Positions 8,501 to 14,858 of a DNA stretch of 20,000 bases are shown here, piece after piece. The first letter of the stretch is position 1. Every line of letters starts with the position of its first letter. This stretch comes from an uncultured virus (IMG/VR IMGVR_UViG_3300030110_003684). Lineage: Duplodnaviria; Heunggongvirae; Uroviricota; Caudoviricetes. The stretch lies in the IMG/VR virus record IMGVR_UViG_3300030110_003684; one strand, 5' to 3'. The notes beneath the pieces are model-generated. The model saw only the letters and a program-made list of their open reading frames with translations, did not search any database and was not told the origin of the DNA. Position numbers and translations under genes: made by a program.

Positions 8501-9183
8501 TGAAAACTCGACCCCCTATGAAACTCTCTGACAAGACCATCTCTGTTTTGAAGAACTTTTCTTCAATCAATCAGTCTATCTTATTTAAAGAGGGTAATAA
8601 ACTTCGCACTATTAGTGTGATGAAAAACATCCTCGCAGAAGCAACCGTATCTGAAGACTTTTCTAAAGACTTTGGGATCTATGATCTCAATCAGTTTCTT
8701 AATGGTATGAGTCTGCACCAGAGTCCTGAACTCGACTTTGCTAATGATGGTTATGTTGTTATTCGCGAAGGCAAAATGCGCTCCAAGTATTTTTTCGCAG
8801 ATCCAAATGTAATCGTCACCCCTCCAGAAAAAGACATTTCTCTTCCTAGTGAAGATGTTTGTTTTGAACTAAGCACGGAGCAACTGGACAAACTACTTAA
8901 AGCAGCTGCAGTATATCAACTTCCTGATATTTCTGCTGTCGGTGAAGCAGGTGTAGTTAAACTTGTGGTTCGTGATAAGAAGAATAACACTTCTAATGAC
9001 TTTTCTGTTGTAGTTGGTGAGACTGATGGGCAGTTCTCATTTAACTTTAAAGTTGAGAATATTAAGATCCTTCCTGGAACTTATGAAGTAGTTGTGTCTC
9101 AAAAACTTCTATCCCGTTTTACAAGTAAGAACCATGACCTCACTTACTACATCGCACTTGAACCAGATTCCACCTTCGAGTAA
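8500..9183 (+). CDS. gp45: Sliding clamp gp45
   Basis: MKLSDKTISVLKNFSSINQSI, FGIYDLNQFL and YYIALEPDS are typical of gp45. Start is 8500 (TGATG overlap) or 8518. Confidence 0.95.
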   Translation: MKTRPPMKLSDKTISVLKNFSSINQSILFKEGNKLRTISVMKNILAEATVSEDFSKDFGIYDLNQFLNGMSLHQSPELDFANDGYVVIREGKMRSKYFFADPNVIVTPPEKDISLPSEDVCFELSTEQLDKLLKAAAVYQLPDISAVGEAGVVKLVVRDKKNNTSNDFSVVVGETDGQFSFNFKVENIKILPGTYEVVVSQKLLSRFTSKNHDLTYYIALEPDSTFE

Positions 9184-9274
9184 AAGAAACTATCAAGGTC
9201 CCCTCTATGCTCCATGGTGGAAAGTTGAGGAGGGGAAAAAACAATTTCGTGAATGGTTAAAAAAACAAAAGTGA
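9134..9274 (+). CDS. Small basic ORF (...KRNYQGPLYAPWWKVEEGKKQFREWLKKQK), start uncertain
   Basis: Fills the gp45-speD gap. Its stop overlaps the speD GTG (GTGA). The nearest upstream in-frame starts (ATG 9134, TTG 9158) lie inside gp45. Confidence 0.45.
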   Translation: MTSLTTSHLNQIPPSSKRNYQGPLYAPWWKVEEGKKQFREWLKKQK

Positions 9275-9606
9275 AACACATTCTTTTTACTCTAAAGGGT
9301 TGTCCTTTTGATTTGCTCGATGATAAAGAGTTCATACGAATGATTTTGTTTAGAGCATCAAAAGAATGTAAGTCAACATTACTTGACTTGACAGTGCATA
9401 AGTTTGATCCACAAGGTGTGACTGGAATTGCTATGCTTGCTGAGAGTCATCTCAGTATTCATACTTGGCCAGAGAATGGTATGGCAGTTTGTGATGTCTT
9501 TACTTGTGGTGATACTGCTATACCTGAAAATGGTGTAGAATATATGAAAGAGCAATTGAAGGCAACTGATATTGTATCTAATGAATTTGTTCGACCTTTG
9601 GAATGA
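9271..9606 (+). CDS. speD: Pyruvoyl-dependent S-adenosylmethionine decarboxylase-family proenzyme
   Basis: HKFDPQGVT, LAESHLSIHTWPE (self-cleavage at E-S), DVFTCG. Start is GTG 9271 or ATG 9253. Confidence 0.92.
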   Translation: MKHILFTLKGCPFDLLDDKEFIRMILFRASKECKSTLLDLTVHKFDPQGVTGIAMLAESHLSIHTWPENGMAVCDVFTCGDTAIPENGVEYMKEQLKATDIVSNEFVRPLE

Positions 9607-9752
9607 AAACTACTTTAACAGTCGATGAAAATGGGATTCTAACCTTCCCCGATGAACTTATCAAAGAAACTGGTTGGGAGGAAGGAGATGTGCTAGAATG
9701 GATCCCTAATGATGATGGTTCGTTTACTTTGGTGAAAAAAGAACATGCGTGA
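9603..9752 (+). CDS. AbrB/MazE/SpoVT-like small protein, 49 aa (not in ORF track)
   Basis: MKTTLTVDENGILTFPDELIKETGWEEGDVLEWIPNDDGSFTLVKKEHA fits the swapped-hairpin pattern (G-x-L-x-x-P...GWxEGD-x-L). Overlaps the speD stop (ATGA) and the gp44 start. Confidence 0.78.
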   Translation: MKTTLTVDENGILTFPDELIKETGWEEGDVLEWIPNDDGSFTLVKKEHA

Positions 9753-10689
9753 TGAATTTCTTTGGGTTGAAAAATACAGACCCAAAACTATTGATGAGTG
9801 TATTTTACCACCAAGTATTAAGAGGACTTTTCAAGACTTCCTAGATAAAGGTGAGATACCAAATATGCTCCTTGCAGGTCCTGCTGGGTGTGGAAAGACT
9901 ACGGTAGCAAAAGCACTCTGCAATGAATTAGGAGTAGATTTTTATGTCATCAACGGATCCGATGAAGGACGATTCCTCGATACCGTCAGAAATACTGCGA
10001 AGAATTTCGCTTCGACCGTCTCGCTTTCTTCAACTGCAAAACACAAAGTCATCATCATTGATGAGGCAGATAACACAACCAATGATGTACAACTCCTCCT
10101 ACGGGCGTTTATTGAGGAGTTTAGTGGCAACTGCAGATTCATCTTTACCTGCAACTTCAAAAACAAAATTCTCGAACCACTTCATTCCCGCACAACGGTT
10201 GTCGAGTTCTCCATTAAGGGAAAAGATAGACAGGGACTTGCAGCCTCATTCTTCAAACGTATCCAAGAAATCCTGGATACAGAAGGTGTTAAATATGATA
10301 ACAAGGTCCTGGTAGAACTCATTAACAAACACTTCCCAGATTGGAGACGTGTTCTTAATGAGTGTCAACGATACTCTTCTTCTGGTACTATTGATCCTGG
10401 TATTCTTGCAACATTTAGTGATGTAAAAGTAAATGACTTGGTTAAGAAACTTAAGCAGAAAGATTTTCCCGAAGTACGTAAATGGGTTGTCAATAACCTG
10501 GACAATGATACTTCTGTTCTACTGCGTCGTATTTACGATGCTTGTTATGATTCCATGGTTCCGAATAGTATTCCTGCTGCTGTGCTTACTCTCGCTAAGT
10601 ATCAGTATCAAATGGCATTTGTTGCGGATCAGGAAATAAATATGCTTGCGTGTTTGACTGAGATTATGGTGGAGTGTGAATTCAAATGA
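9745..10689 (+). CDS. gp44: Clamp loader large subunit gp44
   Basis: LWVEKYRP, Walker A GPAGCGKT, IIDEAD, PLHSRT, FPDWRR. Confidence 0.97.
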   Translation: MRDEFLWVEKYRPKTIDECILPPSIKRTFQDFLDKGEIPNMLLAGPAGCGKTTVAKALCNELGVDFYVINGSDEGRFLDTVRNTAKNFASTVSLSSTAKHKVIIIDEADNTTNDVQLLLRAFIEEFSGNCRFIFTCNFKNKILEPLHSRTTVVEFSIKGKDRQGLAASFFKRIQEILDTEGVKYDNKVLVELINKHFPDWRRVLNECQRYSSSGTIDPGILATFSDVKVNDLVKKLKQKDFPEVRKWVVNNLDNDTSVLLRRIYDACYDSMVPNSIPAAVLTLAKYQYQMAFVADQEINMLACLTEIMVECEFK

Positions 10690-10858
10690 AGCATTATAAT
10701 AATTATTATGTGAAGTTTGATGATGATGAACTGCGACAGATCTTGGAAGAGATTAGTAATGNNNNNNNNNNGTAAGAATAATGAGTGCATTGGGAGAGAC
10801 TATTGATCCCATAGATAAGTTCCATGCAACTATCGCATATTATAATAATGAAGTTTAA
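10686..10858 (+). CDS. Small hypothetical ORF, probably spanning the assembly gap
   Basis: MKHYNNYYVKFDDDELRQILEEISN before the gap and VRIMSALGETIDPIDKFHATIAYYNNEV* after it. ATGA overlap with gp44. Continuity across the Ns cannot be verified. Confidence 0.45.
10762..10771. other. Assembly gap (10 N)
   Basis: Run of n characters; true length unknown. Confidence 1.
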
Positions 10859-11129
10859 AGCATTAGTATTCATCCGTCTGAGGTCACAGGTTGACGACTC
10901 ACCTGGCAATGCTGTGAGAGATGCCTGTAAGCGATTGTCTGAACTCAATATCAAGAAACTTAGATTGGGTAAGGTAGTTGATGTTTGGTTGGAAGCAGAG
11001 ACTAGAGAGTATGCTGAGAAGGAATTGGAAATGCTCTCTGATAGATTCCTTGCTAATAAAGTCATGGAAGACTGGGATTATGAACTGACTGAGATTGAAA
11101 ACTTCCCCAAAGGTATTGACAATGGATGA
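10848..11129 (+). CDS. purS: Phosphoribosylformylglycinamidine synthase subunit PurS
   Basis: 93 aa from ATG 10848. FKALVFIRLRSQVDDSPGNAV, LRLGK and LSDRFLANKVMEDW match the PurS pattern (DPxG, RxGK, LANPVIE). Confidence 0.88.
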   Translation: MKFKALVFIRLRSQVDDSPGNAVRDACKRLSELNIKKLRLGKVVDVWLEAETREYAEKELEMLSDRFLANKVMEDWDYELTEIENFPKGIDNG

Positions 11130-11316
11130 TTTTAACGCACCAGGATCTGATAAAATAGGAATCACTCCTGTATTTACAGACTTCATAGTTAATTTACAGA
11201 TAGATAATGTGGTGAAGATATTAGATGCTAAGATCGAACGTTGTAATGTGTATAATAGTGATAATCGAGATGAAGTATACAAACAAATAACTATTACCTA
11301 CAAAGATACTGTATAA
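11122..11316 (+). CDS. Hypothetical protein, 64 aa
   Basis: ATG 11122 overlaps the purS end; tightly packed with neighbours. Confidence 0.65.
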   Translation: MDDFNAPGSDKIGITPVFTDFIVNLQIDNVVKILDAKIERCNVYNSDNRDEVYKQITITYKDTV

Positions 11317-11498
11317 TGCCAAGTGAATTTGATTATGTCGAAGCACCTACGGAAGGTAAAGTAGATAAGTGGGGGTTTACAATCAAACCTCCTATATGCG
11401 ATAATGAGGTTATCATTAGATGCCTTAAGAATGCCCCTTGTGGTATTGATAGAAAACAAGCAGAACGATTAATTAAACATTATGAAAACCAAGATTAA
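11316..11498 (+). CDS. Hypothetical protein, 60 aa
   Basis: TAATG coupling to the previous ORF; contains CLKNAPCG. Confidence 0.65.
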   Translation: MPSEFDYVEAPTEGKVDKWGFTIKPPICDNEVIIRCLKNAPCGIDRKQAERLIKHYENQD

Positions 11499-11673
11499 AG
11501 CACAAGTAAAATCCAGATGGTATTACGTTTTTTGGGGGACTGCTACAGTATCAGTTGTCCTTGGGCAATTGTATGTCGGCACTGGGTATCGTGTTTTGCA
11601 TAATGATATGCAACAATTACTGAATAAGGTTGAGGGTGTTCTTCTTCGTGCGGATGAACCTAACTACCTATGA
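11482..11673 (+). CDS. Hypothetical single-pass membrane protein, 63 aa
   Basis: Basic N-terminus followed by hydrophobic WYYVFWGTATVSVVLGQLYVGTGY. ATGA overlap with dam. Confidence 0.65.
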   Translation: MKTKIKAQVKSRWYYVFWGTATVSVVLGQLYVGTGYRVLHNDMQQLLNKVEGVLLRADEPNYL

Positions 11674-12521
11674 AATCTCATAAGACTCCTCTAAGATATC
11701 CTGGTGGCAAAAGTCGCGCATGTATTAAGATGGATCCTTATATCCCTGATTTGCGTGACTATAATGAATATCGTGAACCATTTCTTGGTGGTGGTAGTGT
11801 AGCAATTCATATTACAAAAAAATATCCACATCTCAAAGTATGGGTAAATGATTTGTATGAACCTCTTTATAATTTTTGGAGGGTTCTTCAAAATGATGGC
11901 AATGCTCTTTATGAAACACTATGTGATCTAAAATCTAGACATCCAGAACCAGGATCTGCAAAGGAACTATTCTTAAAATCAAAGGAGTATTTAAATGACG
12001 AATCCAATAATGACTCTTTACAGCGTGCTGTCAGTTTTTATACTATCAATAAGTGTTCTTTTTCTGGTCTCACCGAGTCATCCTCCTTCAGCAAACAAGC
12101 AAGTGACTCCAACTTCTCAATGCGAGGAATTGAAAAACTCCCAGGATACACAAAGATAATTGAGAACTGGGAGATCACTAATGTGTCCTATGAGAATTTG
12201 ATGGACAATGAGTGGGACACCTTTGTATATCTTGATCCTCCATATGACATCAAAGATAATCTTTATGGCAAGAAAGGATCTATGCATAAAGGATTCGATC
12301 ACGATAGGTTTGCCACGGACTGCGATGAATGTTTCATGCCTCAGTTGATTAGTTACAACTCTGACCAACTGGTGAAGGATAGGTTCAAGAAATGGAGAGC
12401 AGCAGAGTTTGATTTAACTTACACTATGCGCTCAGTTGGTGAATATATGCGTGAACAAAAAAAACGCAAAGAACTTTTACTTTTTAATTATGGAACTCAA
12501 GGACTGGTTGAATTCAATTAA
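11670..12521 (+). CDS. dam: DNA adenine methyltransferase (Dam/D12 class)
   Basis: LRYPGGKS, EPFLGGGSV (motif I), VNDL, YLDPPY (motif IV). Confidence 0.93.
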   Translation: MKSHKTPLRYPGGKSRACIKMDPYIPDLRDYNEYREPFLGGGSVAIHITKKYPHLKVWVNDLYEPLYNFWRVLQNDGNALYETLCDLKSRHPEPGSAKELFLKSKEYLNDESNNDSLQRAVSFYTINKCSFSGLTESSSFSKQASDSNFSMRGIEKLPGYTKIIENWEITNVSYENLMDNEWDTFVYLDPPYDIKDNLYGKKGSMHKGFDHDRFATDCDECFMPQLISYNSDQLVKDRFKKWRAAEFDLTYTMRSVGEYMREQKKRKELLLFNYGTQGLVEFN

Positions 12522-12858
12522 TTTTACAAAGGAAGATATCAGTGAGGACATTAGCTCTTACCCTCCATATATTATTAATCGTTGTTTGTCTGGGCACATT
12601 GATTGTGTCATGTTCGCCAATGAGATGAACAAATATGCTAATTTAGATAAAGATATGCAATATTATTTTTATCTAAATACTTTGAGGAAAAGAAAGAGAT
12701 TTTCTCCCTGGCTCCGTAAGGATAAAGTCACGGATCTAGAAAGCATCAAAAAATACTATGGTTATAGTAATGAAAAAGCATCTCAAGCTCTAAAAATCCT
12801 GACTAAAGAACAGATTAATTTTATTAAACAACGACTTGATATTGGAGGAATGAAATGA
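12490..12858 (+). CDS. gp62: Clamp loader small subunit gp62
   Basis: MELKDWLNSIN, YPPYIINRCLS, RKRKRFSPW, YYGYSNEKA. Directly upstream of regA. Start moved to 12490. Confidence 0.92.
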   Translation: MELKDWLNSINFTKEDISEDISSYPPYIINRCLSGHIDCVMFANEMNKYANLDKDMQYYFYLNTLRKRKRFSPWLRKDKVTDLESIKKYYGYSNEKASQALKILTKEQINFIKQRLDIGGMK

Positions 12859-13298
12859 CTAATACTGTAGAACCTACGGTTGATTGGTCTCAAGATCAAA
12901 TGGTAGAGGTGCTCCTTAATGAACCTGATGATTTTCTTAAAGTGCGTGAGACGCTGACTCGTATTGGTGTAGCATCGAGAAAAGAAAAGAAACTTTATCA
13001 GTCATGCCATATCCTGCACAAGCAGGGAAGATATTTTATCGTTCACTTTAAGGAACTGTTTGCCCTTGATGGTAAGCACGCTAACCTCACTGTAAACGAC
13101 GTACAGAGACGTAATCGCATCACACGTCTGCTTGCTGACTGGGGACTTATCTCCGTCGTTAAAGAGGATACTGTGCTTGACATTGCTCCCTTGAATCAAA
13201 TCAAGGTTCTTGCATATAAGGACAAAGGAGATTGGGTGCTTGAACAGAAATACAATATTGGGAAAAAGACTAAACCCCAAGAAGAAGCAGCTAAATAA
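12855..13298 (+). CDS. regA: Translational repressor RegA
   Basis: PDDFLKVRETLTRIGVAS, LYQSCHILHKQGRYFIVHFKELFALDG, KYNIG. Confidence 0.97.
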   Translation: MTNTVEPTVDWSQDQMVEVLLNEPDDFLKVRETLTRIGVASRKEKKLYQSCHILHKQGRYFIVHFKELFALDGKHANLTVNDVQRRNRITRLLADWGLISVVKEDTVLDIAPLNQIKVLAYKDKGDWVLEQKYNIGKKTKPQEEAAK

Positions 13299-13304
13299 AA
13301 CTGA
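13291..13304 (+). promoter_or_regulatory. T4-type late promoter (CTAAATA) overlapping the regA stop; copy 1 of CTAAATAAAACTGA
   Basis: Exact 14-mer repeated at 14183-14196. Confidence 0.7.
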
Positions 13305-13379
13305 GACCTTTCGTGCGGTCTCTACGAAAGTCGGAACACCACATAAAGAGGTTCGGTTATTACCGTTCCTCTTTTTTTT
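13300..13379 (+). ncRNA. Candidate structured small RNA (about 80 nt)
   Basis: Lies between a late promoter and a terminator. Competing stems GAGACC/GGTCTC and CTTTCGT/ACGAAAG. Confidence 0.45.
13345..13379 (+). terminator. Intrinsic terminator
   Basis: AAAGAGG-TT-CGGT-TATT-ACCG-TT-CCTC followed by T8. Confidence 0.8.
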
Positions 13380-13389
13380 GTTTTGTGGT

Positions 13390-13493
13390 TAAATAGTATT
13401 GTAAGAGGATTGGAACTCTTGAGTTCCCCTTTTACGCCAAAGGTTGCCTTCGGGGACCACACAACACACTCTCGCTTTAAAAGGAGAAGTCAA
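13390..13493 (+). promoter_or_regulatory. Late promoter TAAATA and structured hsp20 5' leader
   Basis: TAAATA at 13390-13395. Hairpins at 13401-13435 and 13442-13458 (UUCG loop), plus a weak stem over the SD AGGAG (13482-13486). Confidence 0.6.
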
Positions 13494-13925
13494 ATGACTA
13501 ACTTAATGAAGTTTAATGCTGCCGATTTGGATCAGTTGATGGATAAGATTGTCCGCAACTCTATCGGGGTGGATGACTATCTAACCAACGTTTTCCATAC
13601 CCAAACACAAAGTAATTATCCTCCATATAATGTTGTACAATTAAATAACACAGAAACACGTCTTGAGATTGCTCTTGCTGGATTCACTAAAGATGAAGTC
13701 AAGGCATTTACTGAGTATGGTAAACTCACAGTGAAAGGTGATAAGGAAGCAACCACCGAGGAGGGTCAATACCTCCACAAAGGACTTGCTTATAGGAACT
13801 TTGAAAGATCCTGGACTCTTGCGGAGGGAACTGAAGTGACCGATGTGAATTTTGAAAATGGACTTCTCACTATCCTTGTGAAGAAGATTGTCCCCGAACA
13901 CCATGCTCGTAAGGATTATTTGTAA
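13494..13925 (+). CDS. hsp20: Small heat shock protein (Hsp20/alpha-crystallin family)
   Basis: NYPPYNV, LEIALAGF, YLHKGLAYRNFERSWTL, FENGLLTI. Start ATG 13494 follows AGGAG (143 aa). Confidence 0.96.
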   Translation: MTNLMKFNAADLDQLMDKIVRNSIGVDDYLTNVFHTQTQSNYPPYNVVQLNNTETRLEIALAGFTKDEVKAFTEYGKLTVKGDKEATTEEGQYLHKGLAYRNFERSWTLAEGTEVTDVNFENGLLTILVKKIVPEHHARKDYL

Positions 13926-13940
13926 ATCCTAACTAATTTT

Positions 13941-13991
13941 TGCTGCGGTTGATACAAAAGTGTATCATAGTGATACATTAATTTCTAAATA
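13941..13991 (+). promoter_or_regulatory. Alternating TGATACA/TGTATCA repeats (NtcA-box-like) followed by late promoter CTAAATA
   Basis: TGATACA 13950-13956, TGTATCA 13961-13967, TGATACA 13971-13977, CTAAATA 13985-13991. Confidence 0.6.
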
Positions 13992-14017
13992 ATTTTGTAA
14001 TTAATTAGGAGGTATTA

Positions 14018-14101
14018 ATGAACTTCACCACCACTGCCATAGCAGCTGGAACTTTAATGACTATTTTTATTGGAGTTCCCATTACTACATTTGTTTCTTA
14101 G
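14018..14101 (+). CDS. 27 aa hydrophobic micro-peptide (not in ORF track)
   Basis: MNFTTTAIAAGTLMTIFIGVPITTFVS. Near-perfect SD TAGGAGGT immediately upstream. No charged side chains. Confidence 0.65.
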   Translation: MNFTTTAIAAGTLMTIFIGVPITTFVS

Positions 14102-14104
14102 CAT

Positions 14105-14179
14105 ATGGAAATCTTAGCAACCCTAGCCATTTTTGGAGCAGTGATGACCGGAGCATTTGCACTTACCCCTAAAAAATAA
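14105..14179 (+). CDS. 24 aa single-helix membrane micro-peptide (not in ORF track)
   Basis: MEILATLAIFGAVMTGAFALTPKK. Starts 3 nt after the previous stop; hydrophobic core with a KK tail. Confidence 0.6.
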   Translation: MEILATLAIFGAVMTGAFALTPKK

Positions 14180-14182
14180 ATA

Positions 14183-14196
14183 CTAAATAAAACTGA
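14183..14196 (+). promoter_or_regulatory. T4-type late promoter; copy 2 of CTAAATAAAACTGA
   Basis: Tandem TAAATA at 14177 and 14184; the 14-mer is identical to 13291-13304. Confidence 0.7.
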
Positions 14197-14214
14197 ATAT
14201 CGTCGTCGCAGACG

Positions 14215-14255
14215 GAGGGGTAACTGGCCAAATCCAGTTGACGCCCCTCTTTTTT
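14215..14255 (+). terminator. Long terminator hairpin (possible 3' end of a small RNA)
   Basis: GAGGGG-T-AACTGG-CCAAAT-CCAGTT-GACG-CCCCTC followed by T6. Confidence 0.75.
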
Positions 14256-14266
14256 ATTGCTAGAAT
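14238..14266 (+). promoter_or_regulatory. Sigma70-like promoter for the gp43 operon
   Basis: TTGACG (14238-14243), 17 nt spacer, TAGAAT (14261-14266) with TG one base upstream. GGAGGT SD follows. Confidence 0.8.
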
Positions 14267-14287
14267 ATATGGAGGTTAGATTGCATT

Positions 14288-14662
14288 ATGACAATTAAAT
14301 TGATGCTGCTCAAGTCAGGTGAAGACATCATTACTGATGTCTCCGAGATGTGTGTGGGTGGCGAAGAAAACAAAAGAGTTATTGGTTACTACATGAATCG
14401 ACCATGCATCGTCAAGATGGTCAATCCTAATGTTATCAAAGAAGATTCTAAAGAGAAACGAGCAGGATATGAAGTAACCATGTTCCCCTGGATTCCCCTG
14501 ACTCCAGATGAGGATATTCCTGTCCCTGCTGACTGGGTAATCACCATGGTCAACCCAACAGTAAAACTTAAAGAAATGTACATCGAAGACATCGTAAACT
14601 ATGGAAAGGATAATCAAGGCAATTCTACTGACGACAAATCAAATTCTGATCAGTCAGATTGA
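14288..14662 (+). CDS. Conserved hypothetical protein (beta-rich), paralog 1
   Basis: IKLMLLKSGEDII...PW...WVITMVNP...LKEMY. Has a promoter and SD upstream. Confidence 0.8.
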   Translation: MTIKLMLLKSGEDIITDVSEMCVGGEENKRVIGYYMNRPCIVKMVNPNVIKEDSKEKRAGYEVTMFPWIPLTPDEDIPVPADWVITMVNPTVKLKEMYIEDIVNYGKDNQGNSTDDKSNSDQSD

Positions 14663-14858
14663 TGAAATTGGAGCAGACATTGGACAACCAGACTGTAAGT
14701 TGACTAATCCGTTTGTTCTTCAAAAAGATGGAACACTACAACCATGGTTAATTTCTGTGTCTCGTGAAGACATTTTTATGATTAGTTCTGATAAGATTAT
14801 TACCCTTACAGAACCTATGCCCACCCTTGTTGAAAAGTACGAAGAGTTAACCAAGTAA
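14601..14858 (+). CDS. Conserved hypothetical protein, paralog 2
   Basis: IKAILLTTNQILI...PW...KIITLTEP...LVEKY. TAATG coupling to gp43. Confidence 0.8.
   Translation: MERIIKAILLTTNQILISQIDEIGADIGQPDCKLTNPFVLQKDGTLQPWLISVSREDIFMISSDKIITLTEPMPTLVEKYEELTK

Noticed and set aside
11116..11145. TTGACA as a -35 box
   Set aside because: No -10 hexamer at 16-18 nt spacing.
13383..13493. 37 aa N-terminal extension of Hsp20 in the ORF track
   Set aside because: It begins upstream of the TAAATA promoter and runs through the structured leader; the SD supports ATG 13494.
14197..14250. Glutamine riboswitch (glnA/downstream-peptide motif), suggested by ATCGT...GACGGA
   Set aside because: The conserved CGTT...GGAAGTA...GAAG.AACG core is absent, and the element ends in a terminator.
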